The notes beneath the pieces were generated by a model. That model worked only from the letters and a program-made list of their open reading frames with translations, searched no databases and had not been told where the DNA came from. 64,000 nt of DNA, from NCBI GenBank assembly GCA_002404835.1, contig DHKM01000002.1, forward strand, positions 27,866 through 91,865, read 5' to 3'. The DNA comes from Bacillales bacterium UBA4694 (GTDB taxonomy: Bacteria; Bacillota_I; Bacilli_A; RFN20; CAG-288). A program made the position numbers and the translations under genes. Positions 28,078-38,531 of the stretch are shown piece by piece. Within the stretch, counting starts at the first letter, position 1; each line of letters starts with the position of its first letter.

Positions 28078-29519
28078 CAGTTTTCTCCTTTCGTCAATTT
28101 GAATTCTTTGAAATCGATGAATTCAGAAAGATTTCCTGATCCAAGCAGGGCATCAGCATAAAGGAAGGTTGGGAAATCATATACTCGCGTAAATCCGTCT
28201 TTGATCTTGGAATCCATGGCAAAATCATAGATATTTTGATCGCCGATGTTGGCTCTTATGATTTCTGCAATTTGAGTGGCTCTGTTTAAATATACTTTGT
28301 TTCCGGTGATTTCTTTTTTTGCGAGTTTCTTGAATGTCCGAAGAGCAGTTTTATAAGTACGGGGATTCTTGAAATAACGATCCCTCAGTACATATATTTC
28401 ATAAAGCGTACAACTTTCCGTTGAAAAAGCCGAAGGTGTTGTATAGAACAACATGAAATTCAGGGAAATGTTGAAAATAGGATAACTATAGGAATCCCTG
28501 AAGACTCTTTGTTTGCTGATATGCTCGATTTGGCCTTCTTTGAGGTAGGGGAAGATCAGATCGAATTCCATGCTGGTAAAGGTATGGTTGTCGATGCTTG
28601 GGAGGAAAAGAGCATAGTATTCTTCCGGTTTATAATTCTCCTTGACGAATTTTACGATACGGACCTCATCAGAAAAGGAAACGGTTTTGCTTGTTTTTTT
28701 GAGAAGAAGCTCAAATGATTTTTTGTATTTGTGGATGATTATGGATGTCAGGATTTTATCGTAGAGATAAGAGCTAATGTATCCTTTGGAAAGGTTATAG
28801 AGAATCCAGTCCTCGTTTAATAACAAAAAGATGCCGCTCTGATCAGTCAGAAAATCTACAATGGATAAGATTTCCGGAGAGTTTTTATGTATGATGAAAT
28901 TTTTGAAAAACGGCTCAATCAAATCTTTGTGTTTGTCGGTAAATGTTTGAAGGATATATTTGGCATCCTTGTTACCATCAGTCCAAATGATTTCCTGGAG
29001 CAGATCGATTCGATTGTTTTTTGCAAGATACTCGATTGTATCATTCATGAATTTGTTTCGATTTTTCAGGCTTTGAATCTGGGAATAGGTTTTTTGATGG
29101 TTGTCCAGAAAATTCCGACCGAAATTTTCGCTTTTTGGGTCTAGGTCAAGAACGGGCATAGAGGAAAAAACCACTTCCTCTTTTTCTTCGAATGGTTCAA
29201 AAACAGGAGTTGAGTACTCATCGTAAATGAGTTCATTTCCTTTTATATATTCTTCTCTCATCTTTATGACGGCAACTAGATGTTTACAGAAATGTGTACT
29301 ACTGTAACTCGGACAATCACAAAACGCATATGTAATATATCCATCATGATCAAAAGCAACCGAATAAATGTAGTCGTCGTAGTTTCCGCTGATGGTTCCT
29401 GAAAAACTTTCCGGAGTAATATACTCAGGCATCAAACGTCCATCGTAATAATAATCATAGCCAGCCCGGAGCTTGGCGTCCGTAACCTGACTATAGAATT
29501 GTTCAATAGAAAGTTTCAT
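28077..29519 (-). CDS. SWIM zinc-finger protein (YwqB-like), translationally coupled to the SNF2 helicase
   Basis: CDCPSYSSTHFCKHLVAV matches the SWIM C-x-C-x(n)-C-x-H signature. Its stop overlaps the SNF2 start (ATGA at 28077). Confidence 0.7.
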   Translation of the reverse strand: MKLSIEQFYSQVTDAKLRAGYDYYYDGRLMPEYITPESFSGTISGNYDDYIYSVAFDHDGYITYAFCDCPSYSSTHFCKHLVAVIKMREEYIKGNELIYDEYSTPVFEPFEEKEEVVFSSMPVLDLDPKSENFGRNFLDNHQKTYSQIQSLKNRNKFMNDTIEYLAKNNRIDLLQEIIWTDGNKDAKYILQTFTDKHKDLIEPFFKNFIIHKNSPEILSIVDFLTDQSGIFLLLNEDWILYNLSKGYISSYLYDKILTSIIIHKYKKSFELLLKKTSKTVSFSDEVRIVKFVKENYKPEEYYALFLPSIDNHTFTSMEFDLIFPYLKEGQIEHISKQRVFRDSYSYPIFNISLNFMLFYTTPSAFSTESCTLYEIYVLRDRYFKNPRTYKTALRTFKKLAKKEITGNKVYLNRATQIAEIIRANIGDQNIYDFAMDSKIKDGFTRVYDFPTFLYADALLGSGNLSEFIDFKEFKLTKGEN

Positions 29520-29547
29520 AAAAAATATTATATCGAATAAATAGCCA

Positions 29548-29575
29548 TAAAAAAAGAGCTGAGCAACAGCTCAGC
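29548..29575 (-). terminator. groEL terminator
   Basis: GAGCTGAGC-aaca-GCTCAGC hairpin with a T-run on the minus strand. Confidence 0.55.
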
Positions 29576-29588
29576 CCTTAATGATGGT

Positions 29589-31214
<1,626 letters not shown>

Positions 31215-31232
31215 TCAATTCTCCTTTGATGA

Positions 31233-31514
31233 TTAGTCAACAACAGCAAGGATGTCCTTGTCCTGAATCAACATATACTTCTTTCCGGCTTCTTCATAAT
31301 CGGTTGTGGAATACTTCTTGTAGATAACCTTCTGACCGACTTCAGCCTGAACCTTGATTTCTTTTCCGTCTTCGTTTGTATATCCCGGACCGACTGCGAC
31401 GACCTTTGCGAGAGCGGATTCGTTCTCATGTGCAGTTGCGATGATGATTCCACCGACTTTCTTCTCTTCCGGAACCTTCTCCAACACGACGTAATCTCTT
31501 AATGGTTTAATCAT
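31233..31514 (-). CDS. groS: Co-chaperonin GroES (10 kDa)
   Basis: 93 aa: MIKPLRDYVVLEKVPEEKKVGGIIIA... Confidence 0.9.
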   Translation of the reverse strand: MIKPLRDYVVLEKVPEEKKVGGIIIATAHENESALAKVVAVGPGYTNEDGKEIKVQAEVGQKVIYKKYSTTDYEEAGKKYMLIQDKDILAVVD

Positions 31515-31557
31515 TTTTATGACCTCCGATCAATGAGCGTTTTCGCTATTCGTGAAT

Positions 31558-31585
31558 ATTATAAGTCCAAAATTAGCAATTTCAA
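31558..31585 (-). promoter_or_regulatory. groESL sigma-A promoter (TTGAAA-16-TATAAT on the minus strand)
   Basis: Plus-strand positions 31580..31585 (-35) and 31558..31563 (-10). The CIRCE element overlaps the -35 region. Confidence 0.45.
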
Positions 31586-31599
31586 GTGCCAAGTGCTAA
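31573..31599. promoter_or_regulatory. CIRCE element (HrcA operator)
   Basis: TTAGCAATT-tcaagtgcc-AAGTGCTAA against the consensus TTAGCACTC-N9-GAGTGCTAA. It sits in the classical position upstream of groES. Confidence 0.7.
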
Positions 31600-31707
31600 T
31601 TTTTTTGAAACACAGTTTTGACTTTCTCAATTAATCTTACAAAAATATGAAAATTGACTATTTTTCAAAAAAACAATTCAAAAATTGAAATTTTTCTAAT
31701 CTCTTTT

Positions 31708-32373
31708 TCATATGTCCCTGTTGTCATTGCATTCTAGCTTTGCAGTTGCAAGAACCATTACTGAAGAATAATAGATGAATCTGGCAAAATGCCCGAACAT
31801 CAGAGAATTTCCAAGTCCGATATTCAGCATTAACATAAAGTCACTTAGGACAAAAAGAAGGACACCTATCCGAATCTGATTGTTATACCTTATCGATATA
31901 GCCTCTAAAAGAGAAATGATCAGGGAATAAATGAGGAAGCCGGCTGTCAGAAGGACTCCGTTCTTATTCAAAAAGCATAGATTCAATGTCAGGAAAACGA
32001 GATAAGTGATTCCAAATACAATCAAAATACCTTTTACTGGCCTGGATTTATAGAGAAGACAGACAAGAAGAAGGATGTGTCCTATTGAAAAAAGAATGCC
32101 ACCTGCAAGAAAACTCAGGTTGATGCTCGTATCGCCGAGAAGGAAGAAAAACAAAACGATGCTGAGAACGGATTGTCTTCTGTTCTTTTCTTTGAGTAGC
32201 ATAGGAATGGAAAGAAGAACGGAGATGAGACCGATACAGAATTTGATTCCCCATTGGATCATGCGGATGGATTCTGTTTTATTCGAAGTCAGTTCTGTTT
32301 CTAGCAAAAGGAACAAAGCAAAACTGATCATAATCAGAATGGTGGAATAGATTTTCTTTGTTTTGGTTTTCAT
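31708..32373 (-). CDS. Polytopic membrane protein, function unknown
   Basis: 221 aa with about 7 hydrophobic helices and no soluble domain. Confidence 0.5.
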   Translation of the reverse strand: MKTKTKKIYSTILIMISFALFLLLETELTSNKTESIRMIQWGIKFCIGLISVLLSIPMLLKEKNRRQSVLSIVLFFFLLGDTSINLSFLAGGILFSIGHILLLVCLLYKSRPVKGILIVFGITYLVFLTLNLCFLNKNGVLLTAGFLIYSLIISLLEAISIRYNNQIRIGVLLFVLSDFMLMLNIGLGNSLMFGHFARFIYYSSVMVLATAKLECNDNRDI

Positions 32374-32825
32374 TTGATGTGATTATAGCAATTGGAAGAA
32401 CGTTCTACAATTAAAATAGCCATCATGAACACAGGATAGCCAATGATATATGTTACTTTATTAATTTGAAATTTGGGATTTTCCACACACTTCTTCCCAG
32501 TCAGCTTTGAAAATTACGCCTTGGATGGGATCGATGGATTCTATGTTGAGGACAATGGTGTTCTTGCTATTGATATTTGAAGTTTCCTCTAAACTAACTT
32601 AATATGTATCTTTTATTTCACCTGCTGTTGACATATATCTTACAATCAATCCGTTGAGAACGAGCTTATGAATAAAGACTTTAATTTGAGCTATAAGGAA
32701 AGTAATCAGGGACGATGTCATCATTTTGAAAGATGATATGGTCATTCCTCTTTCTAGACGTAAAACGAATGAAGCAAAGTCGAGATACATGGAGCTGATG
32801 CAGGACAAACTTATAAGTATCTACT

Positions 32826-32854
32826 AAAAAAGGCAGCTCAGCATCAGAGCTGCC
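32826..32854 (-). terminator. Terminator after ttcA
   Basis: GGCAGCTC-agcatca-GAGCTGCC hairpin with a 6-7 nt T-run on the minus strand. Confidence 0.55.
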
Positions 32855-32869
32855 TACATATTGCGTGAA

Positions 32870-33766
32870 TTATTTCTTGGAATCGTAATCATCGAGGAAG
32901 GAATGGAATTTACCACCATCCTTGTATCCGATGATTTTATCTAGAATGACGTTTTCCGCTGATTTAAACAGGTTCTGCTCGACCTGAGGGTTCATGTTCT
33001 TCAGCTCCTTGATGAGCTGCTTGGTCTCGTATCTTCTCGATCCTCCTCCACCGTTGTCGCAGACGGAACAGTTTTCTGTGAATCGACAGGCACACTGGAT
33101 GAAGCGGAGCTTGTTCATATTTCTCCAGGCGATGATATCCTGCTCCCTCACGTAGTAGAGAGGGCGGATGACTTCCATACCTTCGTAATTGTCGGAATGG
33201 AGCTTTGGGAGCATGGTCTGGAAAGAACCGGCATTGAGAAGATTCATCAATATGGTCTCGATGACATCGTCATAATGGTGGCCCAAGGCAATTTTATTGC
33301 ATCCCAGATCATTCTTGGCAATCCGATACAGAGCTCCTCTTCTCATTTTGGCACAAAGGTAGCAGGGACTATGATCCTGGGAATTTGCAATTTCGAAGAT
33401 GTTTGTTTCTACGATAGTGGCCGGGATATTAAGAAGACTCAGATTGTTCTTGATGACCTGAAGATTGATTTCGTTGTATCCGGGATTCATGACCAAATAC
33501 TTGACTTCGAAAGGAAAATCGGAATGCTTATGGAGAAGCTTGAAGCATTCAGCCATGCACATGGAATCTTTTCCTCCGGAGATACAGACACATATCCTGT
33601 CATTTGGCTGGATCAGTTTGTAGTTTTGAATGGCGGCGACGAATTTCGACCAGATTTTGCGACGATAGGTCGTCGTAAGACTTCTTTCATATTCGTCATT
33701 TTTATCAGGAATATTTTTTTCCTTTAGTTCTTCTGTTCCTACGATTTCGGCTTTTTTATTTTCCAT
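32870..33766 (-). CDS. ttcA: tRNA 2-thiocytidine synthetase TtcA-family PP-loop ATPase
   Basis: PP-loop CVCISGGKDSMCM and a Cys-rich C-terminal half (CACRF...CSVCD) consistent with Fe-S-dependent TtcA. It overlaps the upstream cysteine desulfurase gene by 11 nt. Confidence 0.75.
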   Translation of the reverse strand: MENKKAEIVGTEELKEKNIPDKNDEYERSLTTTYRRKIWSKFVAAIQNYKLIQPNDRICVCISGGKDSMCMAECFKLLHKHSDFPFEVKYLVMNPGYNEINLQVIKNNLSLLNIPATIVETNIFEIANSQDHSPCYLCAKMRRGALYRIAKNDLGCNKIALGHHYDDVIETILMNLLNAGSFQTMLPKLHSDNYEGMEVIRPLYYVREQDIIAWRNMNKLRFIQCACRFTENCSVCDNGGGGSRRYETKQLIKELKNMNPQVEQNLFKSAENVILDKIIGYKDGGKFHSFLDDYDSKK

Positions 33767-34877
33767 GGATGATACCTCTCAGTGTTTCGATGAATTCCTT
33801 TAGTTCTTCTTTTGTAGTCAGATAGGAAATAGAAATACGGAAAGACTCTAACGCTCTTTCCTTGTCATGATAGATGCTCATGATGGTTTTGCTTGGTGTA
33901 TTGGTGATGCTGCATGCTGATTTCTGTGAAACACAGATATCCTTTTCAGATAACTTTTCAACGATTTCCCTGGCTTTATGCCCTTTTACGGAGATATTCA
34001 GGATGTAAGGGAACTCCAAGTTTGAATTGATGAGAATGGAATCGTCTTTCTTCAGCTCGTTTACCAAATAAGATTGCAGTTCTTTTGCTTTCTCAAGATG
34101 AAAATCCAAATTGCTTAAGGCAAGTTCCGTTGCTTTGATGCTAGAACAAATCAATCCAAGTGGGGCGGTAGAGGAGCGGTAGATGCTGACGCTGTTTCCG
34201 CCATGGATAAGGGGAGTGAGAACGACGTTCTTCTTTTTCAGAAGGATTCCAGTTCCAATCAGCCCGCCATATTTATGGGGAGTGAAACTGACTAAATCTG
34301 CCCCTTCTAGTTCAAGAGGAATCTTTCCAACAGCTTGTGTAGCATCAAGAAGAACATGGCAGTTAGGATGGTCTTTTGCAATTTCAATCACACTCTTATA
34401 GTCTTGGATGGCACCGGCTTCGCTTTCTACAACGGAAAGGCAGATGAGAATGGTATCGTTCCTGATTTTCTTTTTCAGATCGTTCAAATCGAGTTTGCCG
34501 TCTGAATCTGTTTTTATGAACTGAACATCGGCATTATAGCCCTCTCTTAGATATCCTAGGACAGCATTTGTAGAGCTATGTTCGAATTCGCTGACGAGAA
34601 TGTGCTTGCCGAAACCCTCATAGGACTGGAAAAGCCCTTTGATGGCTAGATTGTTGCTTTCGCTGGCACTGGAAGTGTATATGGCTTCATATTCTGTTTC
34701 GTTCAGATGGAAAACATCAAGAAGCTTTTGGTTCTCTTTTCTGTAGAGTTCCATGCTTCTTTTTCCCTCTTTGTGAAGAGAAACACAGTTTCCATGGTAA
34801 TGGGTTTCGATGTCGACAAGGTAATCCAAGACTTCCTTGGAAGTCGGAAAATTTGCAGAATAATCAAGATAAATCAT
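33756..34877 (-). CDS. Cysteine desulfurase (class V aminotransferase, NifS/IscS-like)
   Basis: Start chosen at MIYLDYSANFPTS (the desulfurase-type N-terminus). The PLP lysine lies in SFTPHKYGG. Operonic with ttcA, consistent with a sulfur relay. Confidence 0.8.
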   Translation of the reverse strand: MIYLDYSANFPTSKEVLDYLVDIETHYHGNCVSLHKEGKRSMELYRKENQKLLDVFHLNETEYEAIYTSSASESNNLAIKGLFQSYEGFGKHILVSEFEHSSTNAVLGYLREGYNADVQFIKTDSDGKLDLNDLKKKIRNDTILICLSVVESEAGAIQDYKSVIEIAKDHPNCHVLLDATQAVGKIPLELEGADLVSFTPHKYGGLIGTGILLKKKNVVLTPLIHGGNSVSIYRSSTAPLGLICSSIKATELALSNLDFHLEKAKELQSYLVNELKKDDSILINSNLEFPYILNISVKGHKAREIVEKLSEKDICVSQKSACSITNTPSKTIMSIYHDKERALESFRISISYLTTKEELKEFIETLRGIIHGK

Positions 34878-34930
34878 AACGAAAGAATTATAGAAGGAAA
34901 TATTCTTTCTTTCAATCCTAAGAAATGAAA

Positions 34931-34959
34931 ACAAAAACCTTCGGCAGAGTAGCCGAAGG
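34931..34959 (-). terminator. Terminator after lemA
   Basis: CCTTCGGC-agagta-GCCGAAGG hairpin with a T-run on the minus strand. Confidence 0.55.
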
Positions 34960-34983
34960 CAGTTGTTGTAAACGATGAAAGGT

Positions 34984-35652
34984 TTAGAAGAAGGTTCCTC
35001 TTGCCTTTTCCTTCATTTCCTTGGAAGTGGTGAATGGAATTCTGGTCGTATAACCGGCTCTGGAAGCCACCATGATCTTGACCGGCCAGGCATAGATTTC
35101 GGAGTTCCACTGAAGAACGGAATCGTTATAGACTTCTCTGGCAGCGGTGATTTCTTTCTGGAGATAGCTGTTCTGCTGCAGGCAGTCGGCGATTTCTTTG
35201 TGTGCCTGGATGTTCGGATAGGCTTCAAAAGCAAGATTGATGGCATTCTGCATGCCATCGAGCTTCTGGGCAACTTCATTTCTGGTTGCATCGGCATTTG
35301 GATTGACGCCGCCTCTATATGCAGCGACAGACTTCAAAACATCTTTATCCAAATCGATGGCTTTGTCAAGAAGCTTGGCAGCATTCTGAAGAATGACGAC
35401 TCTCTGCTCGAGGTAATTGTCAATTTGGGAAGCATTGTGCTGGATTTTCTGCTGAAGCTGACCGAAATAGGATTTGGCCTTCATGCAAAGGATAAGATAA
35501 ATGACGCCAGGGATGATACCAAGAAGGAACAAAAAGACAACAAACACATATGTTCCTGCAGTAACTTTCGGACTGACCTGCTTATCGATAACGTGAACGT
35601 CACGGCCTTCTTCTCTAATAGGATCTTTTGTTTCGTCTAATTCATTAGCCAT
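34984..35652 (-). CDS. lemA: LemA-family membrane protein
   Basis: N-terminal TM (YVFVVFLFLLGIIPGVIYLIL), then a LemA-like soluble domain ending ...YNDSVLQWNSEIYAWPVKIMVASRAGY. A GGAGG RBS precedes the start. Confidence 0.7.
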   Translation of the reverse strand: MANELDETKDPIREEGRDVHVIDKQVSPKVTAGTYVFVVFLFLLGIIPGVIYLILCMKAKSYFGQLQQKIQHNASQIDNYLEQRVVILQNAAKLLDKAIDLDKDVLKSVAAYRGGVNPNADATRNEVAQKLDGMQNAINLAFEAYPNIQAHKEIADCLQQNSYLQKEITAAREVYNDSVLQWNSEIYAWPVKIMVASRAGYTTRIPFTTSKEMKEKARGTFF

Positions 35653-35698
35653 AGGTAATCCTCCTTTTTGGGTTGGCTTATTGTATCATGTATTCTTT

Positions 35699-37564
35699 TT
35701 AGTTACTATCTTTTGTTTTGAATGTGTTCACGAATTGTTGGTAACTAGGTACGTCTTTGCCATTGGATGGAACGATGTAGGCAAGAAGCCTTCTCTCAAA
35801 GTGAATGGCTTTGTTGGACTTGAGAATTTCCATGGCATTTCTGAAGCCATCGTTCTGCATGAGATTGTTGAAGTCATAACGGGAAGCATCATAGTTCTGG
35901 ACTCCCATAAACGTGGTTCTCTGGATAGGATCATATTGGACCCAATGAACCGGAATGGTATGCAATCTTCCGTCACCACCCATTTTGGTGATATAGTCGA
36001 CCATCGGTGTTCCTTTGAAAGCATAGGATGTGATCTGAATCTTGTCGATTCCACCTTCGCTTCCGAGATATTTTGCTTTTCGGATCGATCTTGTTGCTGC
36101 GTCTTTGGGATCCACCTCTGCACTTGAGAAGGAGTTAGCAAGACTTTCCTGTTCGAACGGAGAAACGTTCATATCCGGAGCATCCGTTCCATAGATGGTC
36201 TCTACGCTCTTGGTCTGCTGATAGAGAGGTATGGAGAGGAGTGGGGCAAGATCGAAATAGAGGGAACGGAAGAAACCAAAATTGTAATCTACGAATTTCT
36301 TTCTGGCATTTCTACAGTCGAAGTCAGCATAATCTGCCGGATTTGAATAGAGGTTCTGGCTTTGGGCATGCTGGGAGAAGATGTAGTTGAGATTCCTTTT
36401 CTTTATGAAGGTGAAATCATCTCCATAAGGTGCTTTTGATTTGATCAGCTTGACCATGTTGTTCTGGGCAAGAGGAGTAAAGAGAAGTCGGAATTGAAGT
36501 TCGTCGTCTCTGTCGATGGCATGGAAGAGAGAATCGAATTCATCATTTCCCATTTTGGTGAAATTCGTATTCGGATCATTGTCGGTCAAAGCTTTTTCTG
36601 CAATCTTATCGAGCTTCTTCGACGTTCTCTGAACCTGTTTTTTGATTGCTTTTTCATTGGCATCAGCATTTACCTGCGGCTCTCTGGAGAAGGAAAGCTT
36701 TTCAGCGGCATCATTACCATAGACCAGGAAGGTCTCGAAGGAATAGTTCGGACATGGTTTTATGACAGTGGCAGTCAAAGTCTGAGTATGTGTGACTGTA
36801 TGTCTGTTTCCTTTTGAATCGGTCGTTGTTGTCGTCCAAGTGATGACGATGCTGCCTGTGTAGGTCTTGTCTATCATCTCTTCCTTGTGAATTCTTTCAA
36901 CGAGGAATGGATTACCCGTCACGCTTCCAGAGAGGACGAAGTAATTGGATAAGTGATGGTCCGATTCGACATCGATTCCGTATTTTTTCTTCAAATAGAT
37001 ATACTTGCTGTCGTCGAATTTGTCATCCAGTTGAATGAGAGGAGTTACTTTTTTTACGATATTTGCTGTATCTGACCAGTCAAACATGGAATTCAAGGAA
37101 GCCATCTGGTCATAACAGGTCTTTTTGATTGCGTTAGCTTCATCAAGTAATTTGTTGGCGATATTCTGTCTCTTTTCGATAATCTTGTTCAGCTTTTTGA
37201 AAATGCAGACCAAGTCGATGATTCCGAGTACAATCGATAATGGGCCTACAATGAAACCGACAAGTTTGAGCGAACCATCCGATTTCACTCCGATGATAAT
37301 CAATAAAATCCCTACGATAAACAGAATTACGGCTAAGACGATCAGGAATATGCGAATGCCCTTGCTGGAATTTGCTTTTCCAAGTGCCTGCTGGTATTCC
37401 TTGTCTTTGGCGTAGTATTTGTCTGCAGTCTGACTGTTTAGATCCTGGTCTAGAGAAGATTTCTTGACGAGTTCATCGAAGTAGTTGTTTGCTTCATCGA
37501 TGCTTTTTTGTCTGAATACTCTGTTGTACTCGTCTAGTGGCTCAAGAATTTCATCGTTTTCCAT
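35699..37564 (-). CDS. Large membrane protein of unknown function (two TM helices near residues 75-125, then about 500 aa soluble domain)
   Basis: 621 aa with no recognisable catalytic motif. No terminator separates it from the zinc-ribbon gene upstream or lemA downstream, so it is in the same operon. Confidence 0.5.
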   Translation of the reverse strand: MENDEILEPLDEYNRVFRQKSIDEANNYFDELVKKSSLDQDLNSQTADKYYAKDKEYQQALGKANSSKGIRIFLIVLAVILFIVGILLIIIGVKSDGSLKLVGFIVGPLSIVLGIIDLVCIFKKLNKIIEKRQNIANKLLDEANAIKKTCYDQMASLNSMFDWSDTANIVKKVTPLIQLDDKFDDSKYIYLKKKYGIDVESDHHLSNYFVLSGSVTGNPFLVERIHKEEMIDKTYTGSIVITWTTTTTDSKGNRHTVTHTQTLTATVIKPCPNYSFETFLVYGNDAAEKLSFSREPQVNADANEKAIKKQVQRTSKKLDKIAEKALTDNDPNTNFTKMGNDEFDSLFHAIDRDDELQFRLLFTPLAQNNMVKLIKSKAPYGDDFTFIKKRNLNYIFSQHAQSQNLYSNPADYADFDCRNARKKFVDYNFGFFRSLYFDLAPLLSIPLYQQTKSVETIYGTDAPDMNVSPFEQESLANSFSSAEVDPKDAATRSIRKAKYLGSEGGIDKIQITSYAFKGTPMVDYITKMGGDGRLHTIPVHWVQYDPIQRTTFMGVQNYDASRYDFNNLMQNDGFRNAMEILKSNKAIHFERRLLAYIVPSNGKDVPSYQQFVNTFKTKDSN

Positions 37565-37602
37565 ACAATTATCCTTTCATAATGTGTCAACATAGACTCG
37601 TA

Positions 37603-37821
37603 CTAATAATCGTAGTCATCTCCATCGTCCTGGATTTGAAGGTCCTCCCGAATCATCGAATGGTCTTCGTCGGAGACGGATGGTTTTTCCTTTTGATCAG
37701 AAAATTTTCCTAATGTGGAATGACCAGTCGACTTAAAGCTGGAACCGACGTGTTTGTGGCAATAGGGACAAATCCAATCTTCATCGGGAATTTCTTTTTT
37801 GCAATTTGGACATGTTTTCAT
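37603..37821 (-). CDS. Zinc-ribbon small protein with an acidic C-terminal tail
   Basis: MKTCPNCKKEIPDEDWICPYCHKH (C-x2-C...C-x2-C), ending DDGDDYDY. A TATAAT sits only about 10 nt upstream of the ATG, so the transcript has a very short leader or is leaderless. Confidence 0.5.
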   Translation of the reverse strand: MKTCPNCKKEIPDEDWICPYCHKHVGSSFKSTGHSTLGKFSDQKEKPSVSDEDHSMIREDLQIQDDGDDYDY

Positions 37822-37928
37822 AATGCAAATATTATACTTCATGAAGCGATGATAGAAAAAGGGAGAAGGAAACAATTTCGTTTGACAGGCAATAAAAAGA
37901 GGATGGATTATGTGCTAAAATAGGAAGT

Positions 37929-38531
37929 ATGGAAAAGAAAATAGTTTTTGCCACTTCTAACCCGAACAAAGTCCGCGAAGTCAGGGAGATGATTGCTCCC
38001 TTAGGTTATGAAGTCGTATCGTTGAAAGACTTGGGACTGCATGTCGATGCGGAAGAAATCGCTTCGGATTTTGAGGGTAATGCCAGAATCAAGGCGTTTG
38101 ATATCCTCTGCAAGACCGATTATCCGGTACTTAGCGACGATTCCGGCCTTTCCATCCATGCTCTTGATGGATTTCCTGGAGTCCACTCCGCAAGATTCAT
38201 GGAAGGCCATAGTTATGAAGAAAAGTGCAATGCCATCATCGATATGCTGAAGGATAAAAGCGATAGAAGTGCGACCTTCTATACGGCTATGGTCTATATG
38301 GACAAGAAACATGGCATCGATTTATGCTTCATGGGTGAAACAGAAGGTGAAATCGCTGACTTTTTCGACAAGGATGCACCAGATCAATTTGGATATGATC
38401 CCGTATTCTATTCTTATGATCTTAAGAAGACTTTTGGTAGGTCCACTCCGGAAGAGAAGGATAGTATCTCCCATCGCGGCAGGGCTTTAAGAAAATTATT
38501 CGGCTATTTAAAGGAACATGCAGAGCAATAA
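37929..38531 (+). CDS. rdgB: Non-canonical purine NTP pyrophosphatase (RdgB/HAM1)
   Basis: VFATSNPNKVREV motif, 200 aa. Confidence 0.85.
   Translation: MEKKIVFATSNPNKVREVREMIAPLGYEVVSLKDLGLHVDAEEIASDFEGNARIKAFDILCKTDYPVLSDDSGLSIHALDGFPGVHSARFMEGHSYEEKCNAIIDMLKDKSDRSATFYTAMVYMDKKHGIDLCFMGETEGEIADFFDKDAPDQFGYDPVFYSYDLKKTFGRSTPEEKDSISHRGRALRKLFGYLKEHAEQ

Noticed and set aside
32599-32808. A 69-aa minus-strand ORF in the long gap
   Set aside because: Low-complexity hydrophobic sequence without an RBS. The region is better described as decayed or non-coding (see the finding for 32374..32869).
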